A stretch of 64,000 nucleotides of DNA from Kiritimatiellia bacterium (lineage in GTDB: Bacteria; Verrucomicrobiota; Kiritimatiellia; JAAZAB01). Location: assembly GCA_040767085.1 (NCBI GenBank), contig JAXGPF010000011.1:1-64000 (forward strand), given 5' to 3'. The translations under genes and the position numbers were made by a program. Shown in pieces: positions 18,837-27,390 of the stretch. The notes below the pieces were generated by a model. The model worked only from the letters and a program-made list of their open reading frames with translations, was not told where the DNA came from and ran no database searches. Numbering within the stretch: position 1 is the stretch's first letter; each line of letters starts with the position of its first letter.

Positions 18837-21679
18837 TGGCCAGGAGTTATTTAGTGAATGCATCCGCCGGATCGGGCAAGACTTATCGCCTGACGGCGGA
18901 AGTGCGGGAACATATCCGCGCCAGCCCCGACCTGGTTGTCGCCATAACTTTTACCCGGGCCGCCGCCGCGGAAATGCAAAAACGGATTCTGGATATCGTC
19001 GCGGGCAGCGCCGCTGCCGATCCGCCGGAAAAATTACGCCTGCTGATGCGCGCTGCCAAGGTGCGGTTTTCCACCATTGACGCCTTGTTCCATCAACTGC
19101 TGTCCACCGAGGAAACAAGCCCCCGGATTGCGGATGACCAGGAAGCGCAAAGCATCCGGATGGCGGTGGACGAGCTTTTCTTCTCCCACCCCGCGGTCAT
19201 TGGCGATACGGAACGCATCCTGATCGCCGCCCGGGTGCTGCAGATCACGCCGGAACAATTGCTGGCTAAATTGAAGGAAATTGATCCCGCCTTCGAGCAA
19301 TGGACGCCGGCCGCCGGCCAGGTTGAAGCCTGGCGCACCCGCCAGACGCAGCTCGCCGCCGAATATGCGCGGCTGCAGAACGCTGTCCGCGCCTGCGCCG
19401 GCGGCGCCGCCGGCAATCTGCGCCGGAGCGTGGTTAACCCTCTGTTGCAGCCGCTGGACCAGGCAGATGCCGGGTGCGCCCTGTTCCAGAAAAACAGCCT
19501 CGGGGAGGTCAGCGGCATTGCCGCAAAAGACCGGCACACGCCGGCCTATGACCAGCTTGAAAAAATATTCCCGGCCATGCGCCGGCTGCTGGCCGGGCAT
19601 ATCGTCAATTCCGCGCGCCTGGCCAGCGCGCTGCTAAAACATTTCCACGGCATATACCAGCGCCTGATCAACGAAGAAAAACAGCGGCGCGGCGAGTGTT
19701 TTTTCGAGGATGTCACGCGCGGACTGCTGGCGCTGGACGGCGCGGATGCCGTCGAACGCCCCGCGCTCATGGCCCGAATCTACGAGCGGGGATATGACCG
19801 GACTGCGCACTTGCTGCTGGACGAATTTCAGGATACTTCCGGCGAGCAGCTCAAACTGCTCCAGCCATTGATGGAAGATATTCTCGGCAGCGTTGCATCG
19901 GATGGAACGGGAGCGCGGTCGCTTTTCATCGTCGGCGACTGGAAGCAGTCCATTTACCGCTGGCGCGGCGCCGAGCCCGACCGGCTGGCAGCCTGGCTGG
20001 CGCCGCTGGCAAAACGCCGGCAATTGGCGGAAGAAGAACTGCCCTGCAACTGGCGTTCCACGCCCCTGCTGATTGAGTATTTCAATTACTTGACCGCGGA
20101 ACTTTTCGAGGGGAAACCTTTCGCCCGGCGCCGGCAAACTCCGCCGCCCGCCGGACGCCGGCCGGCTTATGCCGGAGTTTCGCGCATCCTCGCCCTGCCG
20201 GTGAGTTGCGGGCGGTCCGACGAATCTTTATATACGACGCTGCAGGAGGCTATCCGGGACTGGCAGGCCAGCACTGGCTGCGCCTGGGGCGATATTGCCG
20301 TCTTGTGCCGGACCAACGACCATATGCATAAAATCGCCGGGGTGTTGGCGGAGCATGGCATTGCCACTTCCGGCGTGCGCGGCCGGGAACTGCTGAGCCT
20401 GCGCGAAGGCACGGCGTTGTACCTGGCGCTCGCGGCATTATTCATGCCGCATGACGGAAAATTCATCCCGCAGGCCCTGGATCAACTGGGCTACAACGCC
20501 GCGTTCCGGCAAGACCTGGCGCGCATCCAGGAATCCGCCGCCGCCTTTATGGAACCCTTCGGCTTTGCCTCCGCTGCGCGGGCGTTGCGCGAATTAAGCC
20601 GGCATTTCCCGCCGGTGGTGATTGAGGCCGTCTGGCGCGACGCCGAACGCTATTTTGACGCCCCCGCGCCCGGCGCGCCGGCCGACTGGCTCAAACACCT
20701 GTGCGACATGTCGCCCTGGGTCGCTGTGCCGGAAGGCGAACATGCCGGCCGGGTCAAGCTGGCTACCATCCATGGCACCAAAGGGCTGGAATTCCCGCAT
20801 GTCTTTGTGCTCTGGAAAGAGGAACGCGACCGGCCCGACATCATCCTGCACCCCGCGGACGGCGCGCCGCTGAAATTCAACAAAAAGGAACGGGGGTTCC
20901 TGGCCGCCATGGCTGCATCCGGCATGCCGTCGGCCGCGGCTCCCGCCGGTGAAGCGGAAACGGACGCATTGCCCGGAGAAACCGCCAACCTGCTCTATGT
21001 CGCCGCTACCCGCGCCATCTCCAGTCTGACCTGGGTGCTCAAGGCCGGCCAGGACGGCCAGTTGAAAGGATTCAGCGAAAAAATCCGCCGGGCGGCGGCC
21101 AAACCCATCGCCGGGGCCGAACCGCTGCCAGGCGGGCACCAGCATGATTACGGGCCCGGCGCACTCCGACCATCGGATTATACCGAGTTGCAGCCCTGCC
21201 GCCTGCCGGAATCGGAACCGACGCCCGACGCGGATGAAATTGATCCCGCACTGAAGTCGGCGGAAATCGAAGAGGGGATCGCGCGCGGCCAGCGGCTGCA
21301 TGCGGCCCTGGCGTGCTTGACTTCCGAGGGCGGCCTGCCAGTCAACCTGGACCTGGCGCCGCCCGAACGGCAATGCCTGGAACGGTTCCTGGCCCACCCG
21401 GCGGTGGCGGAAATTCTGCGCCGGCCCGGCAAAACGTTATGCGAACAGCATGTCTCCGATACCAATCATTTCGGATTGGTGGACCGGCTGGTGATTGCGC
21501 CCGACCTGATCACCATCATTGACTACAAGACCGGCGCGCGCCGCGGCCATCTGCAGGAAAAATACCAGGCGCAAATGCTCCGCTACCGGCAGATTTTGAC
21601 CGCGCTTTACGGCGCCAGCCGCCGGGTCGAATGTTTGCTCCTGTTTGTGGACGACCCGGGCGCAATGCAATTGTTTTAA
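18836..21679 (+). CDS. addA: AddA-like UvrD/SF1A helicase with C-terminal RecB-type nuclease
   Basis: ASAGSGKT (Walker A), AITFTRAAAAEM, LLDEFQDT, VGDWKQSIYRWRGA, NWRS, TIHGTKGLEF, LYVAATRA; nuclease GLVDRL..IIDYKTG. Start ATG 18836 overlaps the upstream stop. Confidence 0.85.
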   Translation: MARSYLVNASAGSGKTYRLTAEVREHIRASPDLVVAITFTRAAAAEMQKRILDIVAGSAAADPPEKLRLLMRAAKVRFSTIDALFHQLLSTEETSPRIADDQEAQSIRMAVDELFFSHPAVIGDTERILIAARVLQITPEQLLAKLKEIDPAFEQWTPAAGQVEAWRTRQTQLAAEYARLQNAVRACAGGAAGNLRRSVVNPLLQPLDQADAGCALFQKNSLGEVSGIAAKDRHTPAYDQLEKIFPAMRRLLAGHIVNSARLASALLKHFHGIYQRLINEEKQRRGECFFEDVTRGLLALDGADAVERPALMARIYERGYDRTAHLLLDEFQDTSGEQLKLLQPLMEDILGSVASDGTGARSLFIVGDWKQSIYRWRGAEPDRLAAWLAPLAKRRQLAEEELPCNWRSTPLLIEYFNYLTAELFEGKPFARRRQTPPPAGRRPAYAGVSRILALPVSCGRSDESLYTTLQEAIRDWQASTGCAWGDIAVLCRTNDHMHKIAGVLAEHGIATSGVRGRELLSLREGTALYLALAALFMPHDGKFIPQALDQLGYNAAFRQDLARIQESAAAFMEPFGFASAARALRELSRHFPPVVIEAVWRDAERYFDAPAPGAPADWLKHLCDMSPWVAVPEGEHAGRVKLATIHGTKGLEFPHVFVLWKEERDRPDIILHPADGAPLKFNKKERGFLAAMAASGMPSAAAPAGEAETDALPGETANLLYVAATRAISSLTWVLKAGQDGQLKGFSEKIRRAAAKPIAGAEPLPGGHQHDYGPGALRPSDYTELQPCRLPESEPTPDADEIDPALKSAEIEEGIARGQRLHAALACLTSEGGLPVNLDLAPPERQCLERFLAHPAVAEILRRPGKTLCEQHVSDTNHFGLVDRLVIAPDLITIIDYKTGARRGHLQEKYQAQMLRYRQILTALYGASRRVECLLLFVDDPGAMQLF

Positions 21680-21839
21680 CGTCGGGCTCTCTGCCCCGCG
21701 ACCGCAATTACGCCCGTTTCACACGCCTGCCGGACAAGGATTTGGCACATTTTTAAATCAATCCGATAAAATCCGGAAGGTAAAATTAATTGCGCCGCGC
21801 ACAAAGATGGAACGGCTTAATACCACCGCCTGGCAGCGC

Positions 21840-22652
21840 TCACCTCAGAACGCATACCGATGTTGGCTCCGCCAGACGCAGTACCGCGGTTTCAGACACC
21901 GCAAACTCGTAGGACCTTCCCGCAGCGCCCACGAACGCCGTCTTCAGGTCCTGCCCAACCACGATGGAGGCCAATTCCTTTACCGCCGTCACAAGAACAC
22001 CGCCGCAAGCGATTGCGGCCGCCTTGACGATGCCGTCGGTGATAGCCAATCGGAGATGCTCGATTTCGGTTTGGTTGCTCTGGGGATAACGCCTGAACAG
22101 CGTATTGAACAATCCCGGAGCAAGCGCCAGGGCATACGGCCCCTGGAAGCCTGCCGCGTCCAGCTTGGTGACACATTGCATGATGTTGTCCACGGCGCTG
22201 CCTGTTTCTTTCCATTCCGCCAGCTTGCAGGACAATACGCCCTTGGCCGTCAGAAGTCCCTCGAGCTCGAACGCCTTTGCCCCATTGAACACCACGGTGT
22301 CTTCCTGGTCGGCGCAGGCTGCGGCTGCCTTGGCCGCGGACCCCAAGTCGAGCAATTGCCCCGCGCCCTCGAATGCCGCGATGTCTTTGACTGCCAGGCT
22401 GAACGAACTCTCGATCGAAAGCAGCGGAGTCATCGCCGGCGCCCGCACCACGGCGCCCTGCGTCTCGTTGCCGCCGGCTTCACCGCCAACACTGCCGAAT
22501 GCCTGAAGCGGGAGTCCATGGGGACCGTCAATGTGCAGCAGCCGGCGGCCGGCCAGCCGCGCTTTCGCGGCTCCCATCACCGTTTCGTCGATCTTCTCCC
22601 ACACCGCGGCGCCGAAGGGGGCGTCGTCCCGCTGCAAATATCTATCACTCAT
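21840..22652 (-). CDS. Family 1 encapsulin nanocompartment shell protein (Linocin M18-like)
   Basis: YLQRDDAPF...WEKID...GRRLLHIDGPHG, ED..VFNG, GPYALAL, VGQDL; about 270 aa; RBS AAAGGAG. Confidence 0.9.
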   Translation of the reverse strand: MSDRYLQRDDAPFGAAVWEKIDETVMGAAKARLAGRRLLHIDGPHGLPLQAFGSVGGEAGGNETQGAVVRAPAMTPLLSIESSFSLAVKDIAAFEGAGQLLDLGSAAKAAAACADQEDTVVFNGAKAFELEGLLTAKGVLSCKLAEWKETGSAVDNIMQCVTKLDAAGFQGPYALALAPGLFNTLFRRYPQSNQTEIEHLRLAITDGIVKAAAIACGGVLVTAVKELASIVVGQDLKTAFVGAAGRSYEFAVSETAVLRLAEPTSVCVLR

Positions 22653-22770
22653 TGGGGACTCCTTTCTGGTCATCCATCATTAGTTGCCTATCCCTGGTCA
22701 TGGTGTAATCTACAAGTGCCGCTAGATGGCCATGTCTGCGTTCCATCCATAGCCGGTGATAAGCGGCCGT

Positions 22771-23106
22771 TTACTTCAACTCGCCGACGGACGGAATGTC
22801 GCCGCCCGCAACCTTCTTGCGCATCTCGTCCACCTCGCCGGCGCCTTCCTTCAATTTGCCGTCTTCATCATCAAGCAGGAGGCTCAGCAAACGCATAAAC
22901 TCTCCGGCATGTACGCGCTCCTCGTTGGCGACTTCCTGGAGAACCGATTTCGCCAATGCATGTCCCGTAGCATCCACCAGTGCTTCGTACAGATGAACGG
23001 CCTCTTCTTCCGCCGAAAGCGCCAGCCGGATGGCGCGCGACAGTTCTCTGTCGGTCAATTTCCGGTCCGGCGCGAGCCCGGAAAACGGGTCCAAAAACGC
23101 CGCCAT
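22771..23106 (-). CDS. Encapsulin-associated ferritin-like cargo protein with C-terminal cargo-loading peptide
   Basis: ELSRAIRLALSAEEEAVHLYE...VANEERVHAGEF di-iron motifs; ends GGDIPSVGELK (similar to the LTVGSL-type targeting peptide); RBS GGAGGAG; adjacent to the encapsulin gene. Confidence 0.88.
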   Translation of the reverse strand: MAAFLDPFSGLAPDRKLTDRELSRAIRLALSAEEEAVHLYEALVDATGHALAKSVLQEVANEERVHAGEFMRLLSLLLDDEDGKLKEGAGEVDEMRKKVAGGDIPSVGELK

Positions 23107-23147
23107 AGCTCCTCCTCCTGGCCAATAGCCAATGACCGATAATTCTT

Positions 23148-23336
23148 CTACTCCGCGGTAGAAATCGCCTCGACCGGACAATCTTCCGCCACTTCCTTGC
23201 ACGATGCCTCGACCGCGGGCGGAACGACATCCAACTTCACCTTTGCCTTATCCCCATCCATCTCGAACACTTCCGGGCAAGCGTCGGCGCACAGCCCGCA
23301 CCCGGTGCATGTATCCTGATCCACTCTTGCTTTCAT
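23148..23336 (-). CDS. Single-cluster [4Fe-4S]/[3Fe-4S] ferredoxin
   Basis: MKARVDQDTCTGCGLCADACPEVF...DCPVEAI; RBS GGGAGG. Confidence 0.92.
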   Translation of the reverse strand: MKARVDQDTCTGCGLCADACPEVFEMDGDKAKVKLDVVPPAVEASCKEVAEDCPVEAISTAE

Positions 23337-23394
23337 CTGAATCCTCCCTTCAATATCCATCAAGGCAGTCACTATGCTTCGCGATGACGTGTTG

Positions 23395-23706
23395 TTAAAC
23401 CAAGGACTGTACTCTTACCACGCTGTTCATGGATCCGAACTCATTCGCCGCCTGGGCTTCCGCCGCCGGGTCCGTCATCCATTGGCCATCCACCACGTAC
23501 TTGTAGTGGTGGTCCCCCGGCTCCAGTTCAACGCGCTTGACGAACATTCCGGCCCTCTTGCTCATTGGGAGCGCCGTCGGATCCCACTTATTGAAGTCTC
23601 CCGCCAGGCATACCTGTTTCACGCCGGGACTTGCGTTGAACGTGAAAAGTTTGGCGCCGTTTTTCTTTGTTTGCGACTGTGTCGCCAACCGGCTCGGGCT
23701 TTTCAT
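23395..23706 (-). CDS. Stand-alone CBM48/AMPK-beta-like glycogen-binding domain protein (frame extends upstream to 23979)
   Basis: VCLAGDFNKWD...LEPGDHHYKYVVDGQWMTDP...NEFGSMNSV; strong RBS GAGGAG before ATG 23706. Confidence 0.8.
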   Translation of the reverse strand: MKSPSRLATQSQTKKNGAKLFTFNASPGVKQVCLAGDFNKWDPTALPMSKRAGMFVKRVELEPGDHHYKYVVDGQWMTDPAAEAQAANEFGSMNSVVRVQSLV

Positions 23707-23994
23707 AATGTTTTCTCCTCTTTCCTCTTTGTTTTCCGGCATTCCGCCGTCACGAAAGCGCCGGCTTTCGATATCGTCGCTTTTCCTCCATTGACGGGCA
23801 ACAACCGGATTGCCGCCTGCAAATGCTACCTGCCCGAGCCGCATTTTCTCGAGTTCGGCGTATCTGCCTAAAAGCAGTCTAACGGGTTCTATATGCGTCG
23901 TCTCCGCCATCCGCTTCAAGTACGCGAGGAGGGACTCATCTCTCGTCGCGAGCGCCGTCGTCTGGGCTGCTTCGTTCATGGCCAGTCCGTCCTT

Positions 23995-24390
23995 CTATGC
24001 GATTCCCAGCGCTTTCGAAGATTGCCACACCCCGTGGATGTTGCAATATGCCAGCGCATACAGCGTCCCGGACTTGCCGGTCTTGATGGAAGCACTCGCC
24101 TCGTGATGTGTGAACACGGAGCCGTTGTTCGGGCCTTCGACGGACTCGCCGTGGGCCGTAAACTCGAAGTTGCCGACCTGGAACGGGGCCTTCGCTCCTT
24201 CCGGCTGGAAATAGATCTGAATCCACCGGATGTGATGCTCCGTCGTGTTCGGGTGGGCCACGGCCTTGCCCAGCGTAACCTTGATCGCAAAGAACTCGCC
24301 GGCTTTCACCACTTCCGGACACTCGATCACCGGCACGTGCTTCTCCGATTTCCAGTCCGCGCTCTGAATCACTTCGCTCAGCTTTGTCAT
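23995..24390 (-). CDS. sor: Class II superoxide reductase (neelaredoxin)
   Basis: EKHVP, HPNTTEHHIRWI and YCNIHGVW iron-ligand motifs; RBS AAGGAG. Confidence 0.92.
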   Translation of the reverse strand: MTKLSEVIQSADWKSEKHVPVIECPEVVKAGEFFAIKVTLGKAVAHPNTTEHHIRWIQIYFQPEGAKAPFQVGNFEFTAHGESVEGPNNGSVFTHHEASASIKTGKSGTLYALAYCNIHGVWQSSKALGIA

Positions 24391-24544
24391 TGGAACTTCT
24401 CCTTTTTGATTCGCGGTCCGCGTCATTTCGTCCCGCGGTTCTCGTATTGAACAAGGCGCATCGTCGCAAAATAGCCGGACAGCGCCTATCGGGGCAAAAT
24501 TTAGAAATCACTTCGAAATACCTCATTGACCTTGCCGGGTATTG

Positions 24545-24598
24545 GGCATCTGTCATTGGCCACCAGTCATGGAATGCCGGCGGCCAATGACAAATGCC
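24545..24598. terminator. 17-bp inverted repeat (possible terminator or repeat hairpin)
   Basis: GGCATCTGTCATTGGCC ... GGCCAATGACAAATGCC, 1 mismatch, just downstream of the Cys-rich gene. Confidence 0.45.
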
Positions 24599-24605
24599 TT
24601 GCCTT

Positions 24606-25070
24606 CTACTCACACTTCTTCATGTCCATTCCACAAGCGCACTTGCCGGGTTTGTCCGACATCTTCGGACAACCCATGGGACAGCAACACATGCCCTTGC
24701 AACTCGCCGTCTTGACTTCTTTGCCGCAGGCGCACTTCCCGTCTTTGACGCCCTTGGCGTCGCACGTGCAACCCGCCGGGCAATCGCAAAGCAGGGCCTG
24801 GCCGTCCTTCACGCCCAAGAGGCGCCTCTGCGCCATTTCCTTGCCGCATTTGCACATACCCGCCTTCATCGCCACCGCGTGGCAATCCGGGCAGGCATAG
24901 ACCGCGTCCGTCATGGCCGCCTTCGCCTCCATGGGAGGCGTGCTCCCGGGGCGTTCCGCCCGCGGATGTTCGGCGGGCGTTTTCGATGCCATGCCGTAGA
25001 CCGCCGCGCACGTCATAATGAACAGCCCGATCACCGTCGGCCCAATGACTCTCTTTGAAAGAATTTTCAT
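24606..25070 (-). CDS. Secreted cysteine-rich putative heavy-metal-binding protein
   Basis: Signal-like N-terminus MKILSKRVIGPTVIGLFIMTCAAVYG; 18 Cys in the last ~97 aa (CxxC, CxC, CCC); ends PGKCACGMDMKK, similar to heavy-metal-binding domains. Confidence 0.75.
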   Translation of the reverse strand: MKILSKRVIGPTVIGLFIMTCAAVYGMASKTPAEHPRAERPGSTPPMEAKAAMTDAVYACPDCHAVAMKAGMCKCGKEMAQRRLLGVKDGQALLCDCPAGCTCDAKGVKDGKCACGKEVKTASCKGMCCCPMGCPKMSDKPGKCACGMDMKKCE

Positions 25071-25245
25071 GTAAGTTCCCTTTTTGCTTGTGTCGTTATT
25101 TTCCGCTCCAGTAATCCTTGCGCCAACTACTGTTCCATATCCAGCACCTCCTTTCGTAAGGGCTTCCGCCACGTCGATGCTTGCTTTTCTTCACCTTGCC
25201 CCATGTCAGAGCGATCCTGGCGCGACCTGCCTGTTCTCCTTTCCT

Positions 25246-26259
25246 TTACACCGCGGGCCAGTTCTTCACGAGTTCCTCAGGGTTCATCAGCAGGCGCGCA
25301 TATTGCGCATGTGTGTAGGCCCATGGGTCGCCGAAATGACGGCGGCTGAGCTTGCCGCGGAAGTCCGCAAGCGAGTTGTATCCCTGGAGGGCCATCCACT
25401 GCTCCAGATCGCGAATCATCGTCTGAATGTTGGCGGGACCATTGCGGAACAGGGCGCTTACGGTCTGCACAACTTGCGTTCCGGCAAGAAGCATCTTCGC
25501 GACGGTCGCGCCATCGAAGATGCCCGTGCCGCAACAGACGTCCGCCTTCAGCAATCCTTCCAAAAGAGCGGCAATGCGAAGCGCCGGCCGGTAATCCGTT
25601 TCGTGGCTGAGATTGAAAGAATTGGATACCTTTTCATCCCGCAAGTCGATGTCCGGCTCCACCAGGCGGTTAAAGAGAACGAAGCCGGAAACCCCGGCAT
25701 GGTCCATCCGCCGAATCACGCTCAGGGGATTCGTGTAGAAGAAGCTGAGTTTGACGGCGATGGGAATATGAACCGCCGCCTTCAGCCGGACAATGAGTTC
25801 AACCTGTTCGTTTTCAATATCCGCGGCTGTCCGGTCCGGATCCTTCGGAGACGCAAAGAAGTTGCATTCCAAGGCGTCGACACCTGTGTCTTCGAGCTTA
25901 CGCGCGTATTCCAGCCAAGTCTCCGGATTCACGGCATTCAGGCTGGCGATGACCGGAATGCGCACCGCTTTCTTGATCTCGCGGACCCACATGATATGTT
26001 CCGCCGGCCCGGCAAATTCAAGGTGCGGGCGCACCGTGATCATCTCGGCATTCCGGCATTCTCCCTTCTTCTGATCTTCGTCGTACTTGAAGCGTTCAAG
26101 TTGAATCTGCTCTTCGAACAGCGATTTCGTCACGATCGCCGCCGCGCCGGATTCCTCAAGCTTTCCGATGAAGGCCATGTTCGCCGTCAGCGCGGATGCG
26201 CCGGCAATGATCGGGTTCTTCAGTTCCAGCCCCATGTATGTTGTGCGCAAGTCAGCCAT
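25246..26259 (-). CDS. Dihydroorotate dehydrogenase-like flavoprotein
   Basis: MADLRTTYMGLELKNPIIAGAS; KSLFEEQI; IPVIASLN; IPIAVKLS; GFVLFNR. Confidence 0.88.
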   Translation of the reverse strand: MADLRTTYMGLELKNPIIAGASALTANMAFIGKLEESGAAAIVTKSLFEEQIQLERFKYDEDQKKGECRNAEMITVRPHLEFAGPAEHIMWVREIKKAVRIPVIASLNAVNPETWLEYARKLEDTGVDALECNFFASPKDPDRTAADIENEQVELIVRLKAAVHIPIAVKLSFFYTNPLSVIRRMDHAGVSGFVLFNRLVEPDIDLRDEKVSNSFNLSHETDYRPALRIAALLEGLLKADVCCGTGIFDGATVAKMLLAGTQVVQTVSALFRNGPANIQTMIRDLEQWMALQGYNSLADFRGKLSRRHFGDPWAYTHAQYARLLMNPEELVKNWPAV

Positions 26260-26674
26260 GTCCGCCGCCTCCCTTGTCTGGTGCCGGTCTCCGCTGCATC
26301 GGCCGGCGCATTCGTCAACTGACGCGCTGTAGCCGAAGAGGTATGATCCGAATGTAACGATCCGAATCCCGGACGGAGCTTCCCGCAACCGGTTTATTCC
26401 GTCTTATTTCTTCCGCTGGCAAGCAATATAGACGATCAGGGAACCAGCCGCACATCCGGCACACCCCTATTATCGACTTCGAAATACCTTGCCTCACATG
26501 GCCTGCCGGTCCTCGAACTTATCGCTCATCGTCGAGGAATTTCCCGGCAACCGTGTCCGCCATCGGGGATTTCCGCCGTTGAAATCAGGGTATCCCTTAT
26601 TGGCGGTTTCAGCCGCGCGCTATATTATTGCGCCGTCAAAGAGTCAATGCGCTAACACACAACAGGAGGTCGTT

Positions 26675-27259
26675 ATGGCCGTTACACCATCAACAATGCT
26701 GCCGCTGGGAACCAAAGCCCCCGATTTTGCCCTTCCAGAGGTCGTCACCGGGAAGACGATTTCCCGGAAGGACTTTGCCAACCGGAAGGCTTTCCTGGTG
26801 ATGTTTATCTGCAGGCACTGCCCATACGTGAAGCATGTGCGGGATGAACTCGCAAAAATCGGGCGGGACTATCTTGAACAGGACATTGGGATTGTGGCCA
26901 TCAGTTCCAATGACGCTTCCGCTTATCCTGACGACCGCCCGGACTTGCTCAAGGATATGGCGACCTCCCTCGGCTTCGTGTTTCCGTTCTGCTATGACGA
27001 GACGCAGAAGACGGCGAGAGATTACACAGCGGCTTGCACGCCGGATATTTTCCTCTTCGACAAGGACGGAAAGCTGGTCTATCGAGGCCAGTTGGACGAC
27101 AGCCGCCCCGGCAACGCCATACCCGTCACGGGCAAGGATTTGCGGGCTGCTATCGATGCGGTGCTGCATAATCTGCCGGTCAGCCAGAAGCAGACGCCGA
27201 GCATAGGCTGCGGCATTAAATGGAAGCGCGGCAACGAGCCGCATTATGCCGCAAGCTAG
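26675..27259 (+). CDS. Thioredoxin-like/AhpC-TSA (PRX-like) protein
   Basis: APDFALP, FICRHCPYVKH, ACTPDIFLFD, YRGQLDDSRP, PSIGCGIKWK; RBS CAGGAGG. Confidence 0.9.
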   Translation: MAVTPSTMLPLGTKAPDFALPEVVTGKTISRKDFANRKAFLVMFICRHCPYVKHVRDELAKIGRDYLEQDIGIVAISSNDASAYPDDRPDLLKDMATSLGFVFPFCYDETQKTARDYTAACTPDIFLFDKDGKLVYRGQLDDSRPGNAIPVTGKDLRAAIDAVLHNLPVSQKQTPSIGCGIKWKRGNEPHYAAS

Positions 27260-27390
27260 ATATGGGCGGCCGTGAAAGGCGCAGGCGGAATGTCCGCTTG
27301 CGAACTGCAATCCGCGCGGCGCGCGGGAAGGGACGCGGAAGATACGCGTAGAGCGCCGAGCAATGCTCCACAAAGAAGACGGCAGAAGCA

